From a virus (lineage: Duplodnaviria; Caudoviricetes): 39,388 nucleotides of DNA. Below the pieces are notes generated by a model. That model had not been told where the DNA came from. It saw only the letters and a program-made list of their open reading frames with translations, and did not search any database. The stretch is from the IMG/VR virus record IMGVR_UViG_3300037657_000017, positions 1 through 39,388 of that record. One strand, given 5' to 3'. Below, piece after piece: positions 23,689 to 33,278 of this stretch (its first letter is position 1; the number at the start of each line of letters is the position of its first letter). A program made the translations under genes and the position numbers.

Positions 23689-24720
23689 ATGGGTATCCGT
23701 GCCCTTTCGAGGATCGAGATCGGAAAAGAGACCACAGCCGGGACTGCAGTATCGTGTGATGTTCTGCTCCAGGCAGAGGGCATGATGAAGGATGCACAGG
23801 ATCGCGCCTTCCCGGTCGAGGGCAGCGAGTTTGTGTTTCCGACATCCGGCAGCTACATCCGCAAGGAAGGCGTCGAGATCACGCTTGACGACAGCCCGGC
23901 CACAACGGAGATTTTGCCGCACATCTTTGGCATGGGTGTTGCGGGCGGCGTGAGTGCAGCGGCCGCGGACGGTTCGGCGTACGCCTACATCTACCCCTTC
24001 CCGATCACCGCAGCCAACACCGCGCCAGACCCCTACACCATCGAAGGCGGCGACGACTCGGAAAGCGGCGAGGCGTCGTATTGTTTCGCCACACGGTGGG
24101 GCTTGAAGTGGGCGGCAGGAGAGGAACTGATGATGAACGCCGACATCGTCGGGCGGCAGTGGACAGATTGCGCATTCACCGGCACAAATCCGTCTGTGGC
24201 GCTGCACTACCTCCCCAAAGCGAAGCTGTACGTTGACGCGACCGGCGCAACGGGCTTCAACACACAGAAGACGCAGACGTTCATGGGCTTCGAGGTGGAG
24301 GGCGGGGGATGGAAGCCGGTGCATACCGGCGACGGCGAGTTGTTCTATACCTTCCCCAAGTATTACGGCCAGAAGGAAGGCAACGAAATCACCGGCGTCA
24401 TCACCTACGAACACGACGCCACGGGTGAGGCTGAACTGAACTTTGCACGGGCTGGCACGGTTCGCCTGGTCAAGGTTGTCTTCGAGGGCGACGCGGTGGC
24501 GACAGGCGGCACAACCTACAGCAAGCACAGCGTGATCTTCGATGCGGCGATTCAGTACACCGATGTGCCGGAGTTGGAAGACCTCGACGGCAACAATACC
24601 GTACCGCTTCCTTTCCGTGTGGTCTACAGCGTGGCCGATGCAACAGCGATTATCTCCGGCCCAACAGGGACAGGCGCGGGCGGGCTGGTGGTTGTCAATG
24701 AACTTTCAGCTTTGCCCTGA
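23689..24720 (+). CDS. Major tail (tube) protein
   Basis: IEIGKETTAGTAV N-terminus, YTIEGGD; upstream of chaperones and tape measure. Confidence 0.85.
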   Translation: MGIRALSRIEIGKETTAGTAVSCDVLLQAEGMMKDAQDRAFPVEGSEFVFPTSGSYIRKEGVEITLDDSPATTEILPHIFGMGVAGGVSAAAADGSAYAYIYPFPITAANTAPDPYTIEGGDDSESGEASYCFATRWGLKWAAGEELMMNADIVGRQWTDCAFTGTNPSVALHYLPKAKLYVDATGATGFNTQKTQTFMGFEVEGGGWKPVHTGDGELFYTFPKYYGQKEGNEITGVITYEHDATGEAELNFARAGTVRLVKVVFEGDAVATGGTTYSKHSVIFDAAIQYTDVPELEDLDGNNTVPLPFRVVYSVADATAIISGPTGTGAGGLVVVNELSALP

Positions 24721-24729
24721 GGATAACAC

Positions 24730-24945
24730 ATGAAGCTCTATCTGTGGCGTGACGTGTTCAATGTCGAATACGGCGGCATTGCGTTTGCGGTGGCTGAGTC
24801 TGTCGAGGCGGCGCGAGACGTGATCGCCAGCAAGGGCGAAGCAGGCTTTGGCGTGCAGCATGACCGGCTGGCTGTCATCAAGGAACTAGAGCACACGCAG
24901 CCAGAGGTGCACGACCTACCGGCTGGCTTCTACTTCTCATACTAG
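24730..24945 (+). CDS. Small hypothetical protein
   Basis: GAGGA RBS; AFAVAESVEAAR motif. Confidence 0.65.
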   Translation: MKLYLWRDVFNVEYGGIAFAVAESVEAARDVIASKGEAGFGVQHDRLAVIKELEHTQPEVHDLPAGFYFSY

Positions 24946-24960
24946 CGCATAAGGAGAAAC

Positions 24961-25323
24961 ATGGGAACGCGTAGTCACTTTGTCCCAAGCGCGCCGGTGC
25001 GCGTCGAGCATCCTGATTATCCGGGTGAGTGGGTAGACATCAAGCCCAAGCTGTCCGTTGGTGATCGTAACGCGCTGTACACGGCCATGATGTCGATCGA
25101 AGACAACAAGAGCGAGATCGCCGTTGGCGGCTATCTCCAGGCGCTCTTGGAGTCGGCTATCGTTGACTGGCATTTGCTTGACGCGGACGGTGCGCCGATC
25201 CCGTTTGACAAGGCGCTCATCACCAAGTTCGACGTTGACGACCCGCTCATCGAGAAAGTGCAGGACGAGGTCGCCAAGCGGAACCCTTTCGGAAAGAAGA
25301 CACCGATTGGGAGCGCAGCATAG
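24961..25323 (+). CDS. Tail assembly chaperone (G-type)
   Basis: IVDWHLLDADGAPIPF motif; ends with slippery NPF codons. Confidence 0.85.
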   Translation: MGTRSHFVPSAPVRVEHPDYPGEWVDIKPKLSVGDRNALYTAMMSIEDNKSEIAVGGYLQALLESAIVDWHLLDADGAPIPFDKALITKFDVDDPLIEKVQDEVAKRNPFGKKTPIGSAA

Positions 25324-25529
25324 CCAAAGAGTACGAGATGCTTTACAAGGGGCTGCGCAACACCGTGCCACATTCACGCTATGGCAATGAGATCATGGTC
25401 ATCGAAGCGACCGGCTGGACAGATGACGAGTACAATGCGCAGCCCTGGGACATGGTGACAGAGTTGGGTATCCGGCTCCAGAAGCGGGCTATCGGCGAAG
25501 CATACCACAGCAAGCACAAGGGAAAATAG
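25284..25529 (+). CDS. Tail assembly chaperone GT extension reached by -1 frameshift
   Basis: C CCT TTC slippery heptamer at 25284-25290; -1 frame is open to the stop at 25529. Confidence 0.8.
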   Translation, partial: PFRKEDTDWERSIAKEYEMLYKGLRNTVPHSRYGNEIMVIEATGWTDDEYNAQPWDMVTELGIRLQKRAIGEAYHSKHKGK

Positions 25530-25530
25530 C

Positions 25531-28032
25531 ATGGCGTCAAATGCAGCGCTAGAACTGGTCATGTCTATGAAGGATGAGATCAGCGGGCCACTGAAAGAGC
25601 AGACGGGCGCGCTAGAGAAGCTCGGCGGCGCTGCATCCGGCATTGCAAAGGCTGGCCTGATTGCGGCCACCGCGGGCGCAACCGCGCTTGCGGGCGCGCT
25701 GACGTTCTCGGTCAAGGCTGCAATGGAAGCGGAAGTCATCGACAAGCAACTTGACGCCGTGCTGAAATCCACCGCTGGTGCGGCGGGCATGTCCAAAGAG
25801 GCAATCACCGGCCTGGCCAATGAGCTAGGCGGTCTGACCATGTTCGAGGACGACGCCATTGTGAGCGCTCAAAGCATGCTGCTCACGTTTACCAGCATCG
25901 GCAAGGAAGTCTTCCCTGCCGCGACAGAAACCGTGCTGAACATGTCGCAGGCGTTGGGGCAAGACCTGAAATCATCGGCCATGCAGCTGGGCAAGGCGCT
26001 CAATGCACCGGTTGACGGCATTGCAGCGCTACAGCGCGTCGGCGTCAAGTTCACAGAATCGCAGAAAGCGGCTATCGAGAAGATGGTCGAGATGGGCGAC
26101 ATCGCAGGCGCGCAGAAGATCATCCTGGCAGAGTTGGAAACAGAGTTCGGCGGCGCAGCGAAGGCAGCCGGGCAGACGTTCAGCGGGCAGTTGACCATCC
26201 TCAAAAACAACCTGGGCAACGTTGCGGAGACAATCGGCGGGGCACTCCTTCCGGCGCTTACGGGCATGGCAAGCGGCCTTGTCGCGGCGCTCAATAGCGG
26301 AGAGGTGCAGGCGGCGATTGCGACGTTCTCTGACATGCTGACAAGCCTGGCAACCGGAGACGTGCGCGGGGCGCTCGACGCGCTGGCCTATGGCGTCTAT
26401 GAGATATTCGGTGTTGACATCCGGGGCGCAATTGACATGGCCTCCGCAGCCTTCGCGCAAATCTCCGCATTCATCCAAGACAACGTTATCCCCGCCTTCT
26501 GGCAAATAGCGGGCGTGGTGCAGACCTTCGTCAGCGAACACGCTGAGGGGCTGAAAAACGCGCTCATCGCTATCGGTGTTGTGCTGGCGGGCGCGGCCAT
26601 CCTCACGGGTATCATCGCTATCGGTGGGGCAATCGCTGCGCTTGTCAACCCCGTGACGCTCATCATCGGCGCGGTTGCGCTCCTGGCCGTCGCCTGGACG
26701 GAGAACTGGGGCGGCATTCAAGAGAAGACGCAGGCTGTGCTTGACTTCATCATGCCCTATGTGCAGCAAGCGATCACGTTTATCCAGACCACGATCACCA
26801 CGATCATGGCGGCAGTGCAAACGTTCTGGGCTGAGAATGGTGACGCGATTCTGGGTAAAGCACAAGAGATATGGAACACGATTCAGGACTTCATCGGCGC
26901 GGCGATCAAGTTCGTGCAGTCAGTCGTGAGCAACACGATCGACGTTATCTCGCGCCTGTGGGCTGAGAAGCACGACGCGATCATGGCGACGGTCAACACG
27001 GTCTGGGCGCTGATTCAGAACGTGATACAGACGACCGTTGACGTGATTCAGGGCGTTATAACGACATTTACCAACATCCTCAAAGGCGACTGGAAAGCAG
27101 CGTGGGAGAGCATCAAGGAAACAGCGCGCACGCTGTGGGAAGGCATCAAGGAGCATATCAGCCTGACCATTGACGCGATCAAGGGGATCGTTGACGTGGC
27201 GCTGGCGCTGCTCAAGATCATGTTTGGCGAGAAGCTGGAGCAGATACGGGCGGCGATCGCGCTGAAATGGGAAGAAGTCAAGACAAACGTCAACACGTTC
27301 CTTGAAGACGTGAAAAAGGCCATTGGTAACTTCTCTCTTGTGGAAGTCGGCAAAGACCTGATACAAGGCATGATCAATGGCGTGGGCAGCATGGGCGGCG
27401 CGCTGGCGTCGGCGGCTGCGAACCTGGCGTGGCAGGCTATCCAGGCAATCAAGAATGCTCTACTCTCACACTCACCGTCGGAAGTGACACACGACATCGG
27501 TATTGACTTCGGCCTGGGTTTCGCCAACGGCGTCTACGCCATGATCCCGGAAGTGGCACGTCAGGCGCAGAGCATGGTCAATGTGGCGGTTGCGGCAGCG
27601 CAAGAGGCGCAGCGCATCATCAGCGGCACAGGCAGGGGCGGCATCCCCGCCGTGCCCGGCGATCCGACTCACCCTGGCCTTGAGCCTATTGAGATAGAAG
27701 TACCCACTGGGCGCGAATTCAAGCCGCCAAGCACGGGAACAAAGCCGCCGCCAAGCTATGTGAAAAAGGGCAAGACCGTCTACGACCCTAGCAACCCGTT
27801 CACGTATGGCGGCAGACCGACCGTAGACCCGCAAACGACCACACGACCAACGGGCGGCGGTGGCGGTGGGGGCGGCGGTGGATCATCCAGCGCGGGCGGC
27901 AAGACACAGATTGACAGATTCGGCGGCGAGGCGCTGGCGCAGTTGGCGGTAATCCTGAAAGGCCAGACAGCGGAGGACGCGGAGCGCGCCGCTCGCGCCC
28001 TGGAGTTCAAGATGCGTTGGAGCGCAACATGA
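25531..28032 (+). CDS. Tape measure protein
   Basis: 833 aa, Ala-rich helical, periodic Trp/Phe repeats, SHSPS motif. Confidence 0.95.
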   Translation: MASNAALELVMSMKDEISGPLKEQTGALEKLGGAASGIAKAGLIAATAGATALAGALTFSVKAAMEAEVIDKQLDAVLKSTAGAAGMSKEAITGLANELGGLTMFEDDAIVSAQSMLLTFTSIGKEVFPAATETVLNMSQALGQDLKSSAMQLGKALNAPVDGIAALQRVGVKFTESQKAAIEKMVEMGDIAGAQKIILAELETEFGGAAKAAGQTFSGQLTILKNNLGNVAETIGGALLPALTGMASGLVAALNSGEVQAAIATFSDMLTSLATGDVRGALDALAYGVYEIFGVDIRGAIDMASAAFAQISAFIQDNVIPAFWQIAGVVQTFVSEHAEGLKNALIAIGVVLAGAAILTGIIAIGGAIAALVNPVTLIIGAVALLAVAWTENWGGIQEKTQAVLDFIMPYVQQAITFIQTTITTIMAAVQTFWAENGDAILGKAQEIWNTIQDFIGAAIKFVQSVVSNTIDVISRLWAEKHDAIMATVNTVWALIQNVIQTTVDVIQGVITTFTNILKGDWKAAWESIKETARTLWEGIKEHISLTIDAIKGIVDVALALLKIMFGEKLEQIRAAIALKWEEVKTNVNTFLEDVKKAIGNFSLVEVGKDLIQGMINGVGSMGGALASAAANLAWQAIQAIKNALLSHSPSEVTHDIGIDFGLGFANGVYAMIPEVARQAQSMVNVAVAAAQEAQRIISGTGRGGIPAVPGDPTHPGLEPIEIEVPTGREFKPPSTGTKPPPSYVKKGKTVYDPSNPFTYGGRPTVDPQTTTRPTGGGGGGGGGGSSSAGGKTQIDRFGGEALAQLAVILKGQTAEDAERAARALEFKMRWSAT

Positions 28033-28973
28033 GCAGCTACCGCTTCTTTCACATTGACCCGGATGGCGTCGAGTACCCGCTGAATGATGGCGTCAATACC
28101 TGGCTGGAAATCGGCGGCATGTTCGGCTTCGGCCTGATGCGCCTTGACGTGGCAGCGGAGCGTATGCCGTATGAGCATGGCGTCACGGTCATTGGCGAGC
28201 CATACATGCCGGCGCGTGAGATGAGTATCGCTATCGGCATTGGCGACACGTCACATGCGGCATGGGTAGCGCGTGACAACGCCCTGCGTGACAACTGTTC
28301 GCCATTCCGTGACCCCACGCAGCGCTGCGTGCTGAAAGTGCTACGGCCTGACGGCAACGAGCGGCGCATTGACGCCTGGCTGGTCGAGTACAGCGGCGAC
28401 ACGGGCGACATGAACGGGCCAATGTTGGGGCGGCGCGTGCTCACCTACTGGGCGCCTGACCCCACGTTCTATGACCCGGTTGCGGTCACGGAGTCATTCG
28501 GCGTGCAGCCGGGCGGCGGCTGGTCGTTCTCTTTCACCTTCCCGCTGACGCTGACGGCAGCTGACGACTCCGGCGGCGTGACCTGGCCGCTAGAGTTCCC
28601 GTTTTCCTTCGACGCGGCAAACGTCACGACGCGGCAAGCGATCATCTACGCCGGAACAATGCCGACATTCCCGGTCATTCGCTGCTATGGCCCTGCCGAT
28701 CATCCCCGCGTGGAGAGTGTGACCCTGGACAAGCTGGCCCAGGTGGTGCAGGAAATGGAGAGCGGCGACTATATCGACATTGACATGAGTGCGCTGTCGG
28801 CGACGTTCCATGACGCCACAGACAACAGCGATACGGACGTGACCAATCAGATCACTGATACAACGCAGTTCTGGAGCTTGCGGCCAGGTGCGAACACAAT
28901 CCGCGTGACAATGATGGGCGCTGGCAATGGCGGCGTGCTGATGACATATACCAAGCGGTATCTAGCAGTCTAG
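28029..28973 (+). CDS. Distal tail protein (Dit / Sipho_tail)
   Basis: Follows TMP; APDPTFY, GTMPTFPVIRCYGP, LRPGANTI motifs. Confidence 0.85.
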   Translation: MSSYRFFHIDPDGVEYPLNDGVNTWLEIGGMFGFGLMRLDVAAERMPYEHGVTVIGEPYMPAREMSIAIGIGDTSHAAWVARDNALRDNCSPFRDPTQRCVLKVLRPDGNERRIDAWLVEYSGDTGDMNGPMLGRRVLTYWAPDPTFYDPVAVTESFGVQPGGGWSFSFTFPLTLTAADDSGGVTWPLEFPFSFDAANVTTRQAIIYAGTMPTFPVIRCYGPADHPRVESVTLDKLAQVVQEMESGDYIDIDMSALSATFHDATDNSDTDVTNQITDTTQFWSLRPGANTIRVTMMGAGNGGVLMTYTKRYLAV

Positions 28974-28984
28974 GAGGGCAACAC

Positions 28985-29974
28985 ATGGCGCAACTATCTT
29001 TCCCGTGGCCGGGTGATTCAGGCGCAGGCGGCACAGGCGATTGCGGCCCGTACACAGCGGACGCGTTCAGCAACTGGTACGAAAAGCTCTTCTGCTCGGA
29101 CTCGACAAACGAGTGTGTCATTCCCAATATTGGCAACGAATTGGCCGTAACGGGGACGGCGACACCGCTCAGTGTCAATACGGGCAGCGCCCTCGTCAAC
29201 GGCAAGTTTTACAATAACAGCGCCGCGACCACGCTGGCGATTGCAACACCCGTCGCGGCGACACGCATTGACCGCGTGATTCTGCGGGCTGACTACACGG
29301 CGCAGACGGTGCGGCTGGTGCTCTTGCCTGGTGCGGAAGGCGGGGCTGCTCCTTCGTTGACCCAGACCGATGGCACAACGTGGGAAGTGTCGCTGGCCCA
29401 GGCGTCCATCACGACCGGCGGCGTGGTCACATGCACAAGCGAACGCGTGTTCCTGCACTTCAACAGCGACATCGAAACGGCGATGGTGGAAGCAGGTGCT
29501 ATCACGGCGGCGGGGATTGCTAACAGGACGCGCACGTTTATTGTCCCAGGCCTGGTCTACAACGGCTCAGATAGTGCGTTCGGCATAGCCGGGGCAGACG
29601 GTCAGCAGATGATCGACAATAAGAACGTGACAGCCTACGGGGTATTCTACATGCCGTCAGATTACGTCAGCGGCATGACTGTCAGCGCACTTGTCCACGG
29701 TGCGGCAAGCGGCGACTGCTACTGCTCCGCGCAGCTTCGGGCGGGCGCGCTTACTGAGGATTTCGGCGTCCATAATAGCGACATCTTTTCGACAGCAGTG
29801 CAGGTCTTGGTAGCGGGAAAGTTGACCGCTGTTGCGGCGATTGCGGTCACACAAGCAACCGCTGGCGACGCTGTGTACGTTCAATTCTTCCGCGACGGCG
29901 ACGCAGCGGAAGACACCGTTGGCAATATTGTCTACTTCATCGGCTTCCAAGTGACGTACACAGCGGATAGCTAA
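28985..29974 (+). CDS. Minor tail / baseplate protein
   Basis: LSVNTGSALVNG...RIDRVILR...WEVSLAQ pattern of siphovirus minor tail proteins. Confidence 0.75.
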   Translation: MAQLSFPWPGDSGAGGTGDCGPYTADAFSNWYEKLFCSDSTNECVIPNIGNELAVTGTATPLSVNTGSALVNGKFYNNSAATTLAIATPVAATRIDRVILRADYTAQTVRLVLLPGAEGGAAPSLTQTDGTTWEVSLAQASITTGGVVTCTSERVFLHFNSDIETAMVEAGAITAAGIANRTRTFIVPGLVYNGSDSAFGIAGADGQQMIDNKNVTAYGVFYMPSDYVSGMTVSALVHGAASGDCYCSAQLRAGALTEDFGVHNSDIFSTAVQVLVAGKLTAVAAIAVTQATAGDAVYVQFFRDGDAAEDTVGNIVYFIGFQVTYTADS

Positions 29975-29982
29975 GAGGCGTC

Positions 29983-31050
29983 ATGTCAGAGTATACCGTG
30001 TGGCTGCTCGATACATCCTATGGCAAATATCGGCGGGTCAAGCCGGTGCGACTGGCGTTCTGGCTGGCCGTCAACGGCATGGGCCCGCTGGAAGAGCTAT
30101 CTGTCGCCGCCAATGACCCGATCACGGCATCGCTCACCCTCATGCGGCGCGTGCTCATTCTGCGCAACGGCGCGCCGATCTGGGGCGGGCGCATCATGGG
30201 CGAGGGCTGGACAATCCCCGACAGCGCACCATCCGGCGACACCTACACCGTGCGCGGCCTTGACCACGCTGACTATGCGCAGGCGCGCGTGCTGTTGGCA
30301 GACGCCGGGCAAGACTACGATGAGCAGACAGACCATGCCGACGATGTCGCGAAGGCGTATGTGCGGCGACACCTGGGCGCAAGCGCAGCCGCGGCGCGCC
30401 GCTATACCGATCTGACCGTCGCCGATGACCTGCACCAATGCGCGAGTGTGCACAAGCGCTGGCGCGGCGAGGATATGTTGACCCGGCTGCAAGAGTTGGC
30501 CAGCGAGCAGAGCTTCTACTTCCGCTTTGTGCCGACCGCTTCCGGCTGCACGTTCACAACGAAGTACCCGCTGTGGGGCGTGGATAGGACACGCAATAAC
30601 GGCGTCAACGTCGAATGCGTCTGGTCGCTCGGACAGCGCAACGTCACCAGCATGGACTACACCGGCGACATCACGCAGCATTTCAACTACATCTACGCCG
30701 CCGGCCAGGGCGAGGGTGCGGAGCGCATCGTTGAGGAGCGGAGCACAACGGCAGACGTGACGGCATACGGGCGGCGCGAATACTGGAAGGATGCGCGCAG
30801 CTACAGTGAGACAGCGGACTTACAAGCGGAAGCCCTCGCCGCATTGCGCGAGTTCCGGCCACTACGCACGCTCTCAGCACAGCCGATCGAATCCTCATTC
30901 ATGGCGACGTGGGGGCTGGGTGACAAGGTGACGATCTTCGCACGCCGCCAGTATCGGGAGTTCTCGATGGATGGCATTGTCAGCGCGGTCAAGGTCACAC
31001 TTGACGCCGACAGCGTGACGCGGGCGATTCCGCATGTGGTGGAGGTATAA
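29983..31050 (+). CDS. Baseplate hub / Gp37-like (ReqiPepy6-type) tail protein
   Basis: YAAGQGEGAER, YGRREYWKDAR, WGLGDKVT motifs. Confidence 0.85.
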   Translation: MSEYTVWLLDTSYGKYRRVKPVRLAFWLAVNGMGPLEELSVAANDPITASLTLMRRVLILRNGAPIWGGRIMGEGWTIPDSAPSGDTYTVRGLDHADYAQARVLLADAGQDYDEQTDHADDVAKAYVRRHLGASAAAARRYTDLTVADDLHQCASVHKRWRGEDMLTRLQELASEQSFYFRFVPTASGCTFTTKYPLWGVDRTRNNGVNVECVWSLGQRNVTSMDYTGDITQHFNYIYAAGQGEGAERIVEERSTTADVTAYGRREYWKDARSYSETADLQAEALAALREFRPLRTLSAQPIESSFMATWGLGDKVTIFARRQYREFSMDGIVSAVKVTLDADSVTRAIPHVVEV

Positions 31051-31280
31051 TGCCAAGCTATGATAGCGGGCCGGATATTCTGTCACGGATTGCGGCGCTG
31101 GAGCGGCGCATCAAGCATCTGGAGGCCAACCCTGGGCCCGGCTGGAGCAGCGCCTGGGACGGCGTGCATGCCATTCTGGGAAGCTATCACATCTGGATTG
31201 ACGCGACAGGCGACGTGCGCATCAAGAGTAGCGCGCCCACCAGTGACACGGACGGGGCAATCATCGGCACGCAGTCATAG
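31050..31280 (+). CDS. Small tail-associated protein
   Basis: Short coiled coil plus HIWIDATGDVRIKSSAPTSDTDG. Confidence 0.65.
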   Translation: MPSYDSGPDILSRIAALERRIKHLEANPGPGWSSAWDGVHAILGSYHIWIDATGDVRIKSSAPTSDTDGAIIGTQS

Positions 31281-31317
31281 CAACCGCTGTCGCATTGAGT
31301 GAGCAGAGGGTGAGAAC

Positions 31318-31755
31318 ATGAAACGCGTGCTTCTGGCGATCCTGTTGTGTGCGTTCGTGGTCAGTGTGGCATCGGCAGACGTGCCAATCGGCTCGATGAC
31401 GTTCTACGCCAAGTATGTCACGCCGGATGGCAACACACACCCACTGACCGGCTTCGTGATGTATGGGACGAGCAACGGATTCAGCGGCCTGACGCCGTGG
31501 ACGAAGTGCTGGCTGAATGACAAGGGCGCGTGCCGCATTGACCTGCCATTGCCTGTCATCTGCTGGTCAGGCACCGACGCCTGTTTCACGCTCAACGGCC
31601 AGTGGGTGTATTGGACGATCGCGCCATTATACGCCGACACCTGTACGCTGTCGCCGTCAGGCAACCCGCAGGCGCGGCAAGGCGTCACGTGGATTGCAAC
31701 GCAGAAAGTCATCGTGGGAACGGTCTGGGAAGGGGAGTGTCAGAGGGGATACTAG
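31318..31755 (+). CDS. Exported Cys-containing protein with signal peptide
   Basis: MKRVLLAILLCAFVVSVASA signal peptide; six Cys in the mature part. Confidence 0.7.
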   Translation: MKRVLLAILLCAFVVSVASADVPIGSMTFYAKYVTPDGNTHPLTGFVMYGTSNGFSGLTPWTKCWLNDKGACRIDLPLPVICWSGTDACFTLNGQWVYWTIAPLYADTCTLSPSGNPQARQGVTWIATQKVIVGTVWEGECQRGY

Positions 31756-31802
31756 ATGCTGCACAACGAGTACGCCGAACGCAACAGACAGGAGAAACGA
31801 CA

Positions 31803-32141
31803 ATGGCATACGCAGATTTGACACCGGCACAGAAGGACGCTATTCAGAACGTGTTGACACCGATCATTCGCCCCAGCGTGGGAGAAATGCGGCGCGTCGT
31901 CAACCTGTGGAAGCAGGTAGGGGCGCTGTGGGGAGACAACAAAAGCGAGTTCCGCGGGGCGATGGCCGCGCTCGTCGCTGCTGACATGATTCCCAACACG
32001 GGCGGTTTGGCCGGCGCAGGTGAGATCACGCGCGCCGAGCTTGTCTCGATGATCGCTGATATGGCCGCTGTCGTTGCAACGTGGGAAGACGCCACGCGGC
32101 TTGGCCTGTGCGTGCGGCTGGCTGGGATCAACGCCGAATAG
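31803..32141 (+). CDS. Hypothetical protein
   Basis: AGGAG RBS before MAYADLT. Confidence 0.65.
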   Translation: MAYADLTPAQKDAIQNVLTPIIRPSVGEMRRVVNLWKQVGALWGDNKSEFRGAMAALVAADMIPNTGGLAGAGEITRAELVSMIADMAAVVATWEDATRLGLCVRLAGINAE

Positions 32142-32149
32142 GGGGCGTC

Positions 32150-33277
32150 ATGGCAATAACAGAATGGTACGTCGATCCGGCGATCAATGGCAATTCCGGC
32201 GCAGGCTCGATCGGCGACCCGTTCGGCGATCTGGCCTATGCGCTGTCGCAAATCACGCGTGACGCGACCAACGGCGACCGCATCAATATCAAGGCGGGCA
32301 CGGCTGAGGTCATGGCGGCTGCTATCAGTCTGGCAACCTATGGCACGCCGACAGCATCTGTGCCCCTGATTATCCAGGGGTACACAAGCGCAGCGGGAGA
32401 CGGTGGGCGCGGCGAGATCAACAACGGCGGCGGGAATGTCTCCGTCTACAATAGCGCGACTGTGCCCGTGTCATTCATCGACATGAAGCTCGGCAACACC
32501 GGCACGGCGACACCAATCACCGTAGGGCCGGGGGCGTTCGTGGTACGCTGCGAGATTCACACGTCAAGCGGGGTTCCGTTCTTGTATGGCACGGGCGGCG
32601 CTGTCGGCGCATTGATCGGTTGCTACCTGCACGATCTGACAGGGGCATCTATGGTGCGCGTGGGTAACGGCAACGTTCCCGGCGGCGTCGTCTATGGCAA
32701 CTACATGATTGGAGCGCCGACGACATACGGCATTTATCTCAATGGAAACTCAGCCGTGTGTGTCAACAACGTTGTCATACTCCAAACAGATACCAGCACC
32801 TACGGCATCTATGGAGAGCGCGCCGGTGCGCTTGTCGCCAACAACAGCGTGTATTGCAGCGCCGCCAATACGCAGTACGGCATCTACGTGACCGAGATGG
32901 GCATTGCGCTCAACAATATCATCGAGGGATGGAGTGGGGCGGGCGGTGTGGCGCTGCGCTTGCAAGCGGGGACGATCATCAGCGCAGGAAACGCCTACTT
33001 CAACAATACCAGCAACGAGTCAGACGCAAGCAAGTTTCACATGGCCGTGACGCCGAACGACGCGCTGGCCGCGAGCGCATGGGTGAGCGCGGCAACGGGA
33101 AACTTCTCAATCAACGGTGTGATCGCTGGCGTGACAGAGGACGGCTATCCGCTGGTATGGCCAGGGTTGACAACGAGTACAGCGCCAAAGCCGGATAAGG
33201 GTGCGGTGCAGTCAGGCGCAGGTACAGGCGGCGGCGGTATGTTCATCTCGCCATTACGTAGCGGAGTAGGAGTCTAA
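32150..33277 (+). CDS. Right-handed beta-helix (pectin-lyase-like) tailspike / depolymerase
   Basis: WYVDP...GSIGDPF...GDRINIKAG cap motif; repeated YGIY, NN ladders; PDKGAVQ C-terminus. Confidence 0.8.
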   Translation: MAITEWYVDPAINGNSGAGSIGDPFGDLAYALSQITRDATNGDRINIKAGTAEVMAAAISLATYGTPTASVPLIIQGYTSAAGDGGRGEINNGGGNVSVYNSATVPVSFIDMKLGNTGTATPITVGPGAFVVRCEIHTSSGVPFLYGTGGAVGALIGCYLHDLTGASMVRVGNGNVPGGVVYGNYMIGAPTTYGIYLNGNSAVCVNNVVILQTDTSTYGIYGERAGALVANNSVYCSAANTQYGIYVTEMGIALNNIIEGWSGAGGVALRLQAGTIISAGNAYFNNTSNESDASKFHMAVTPNDALAASAWVSAATGNFSINGVIAGVTEDGYPLVWPGLTTSTAPKPDKGAVQSGAGTGGGGMFISPLRSGVGV

Positions 33278-33278
33278 C

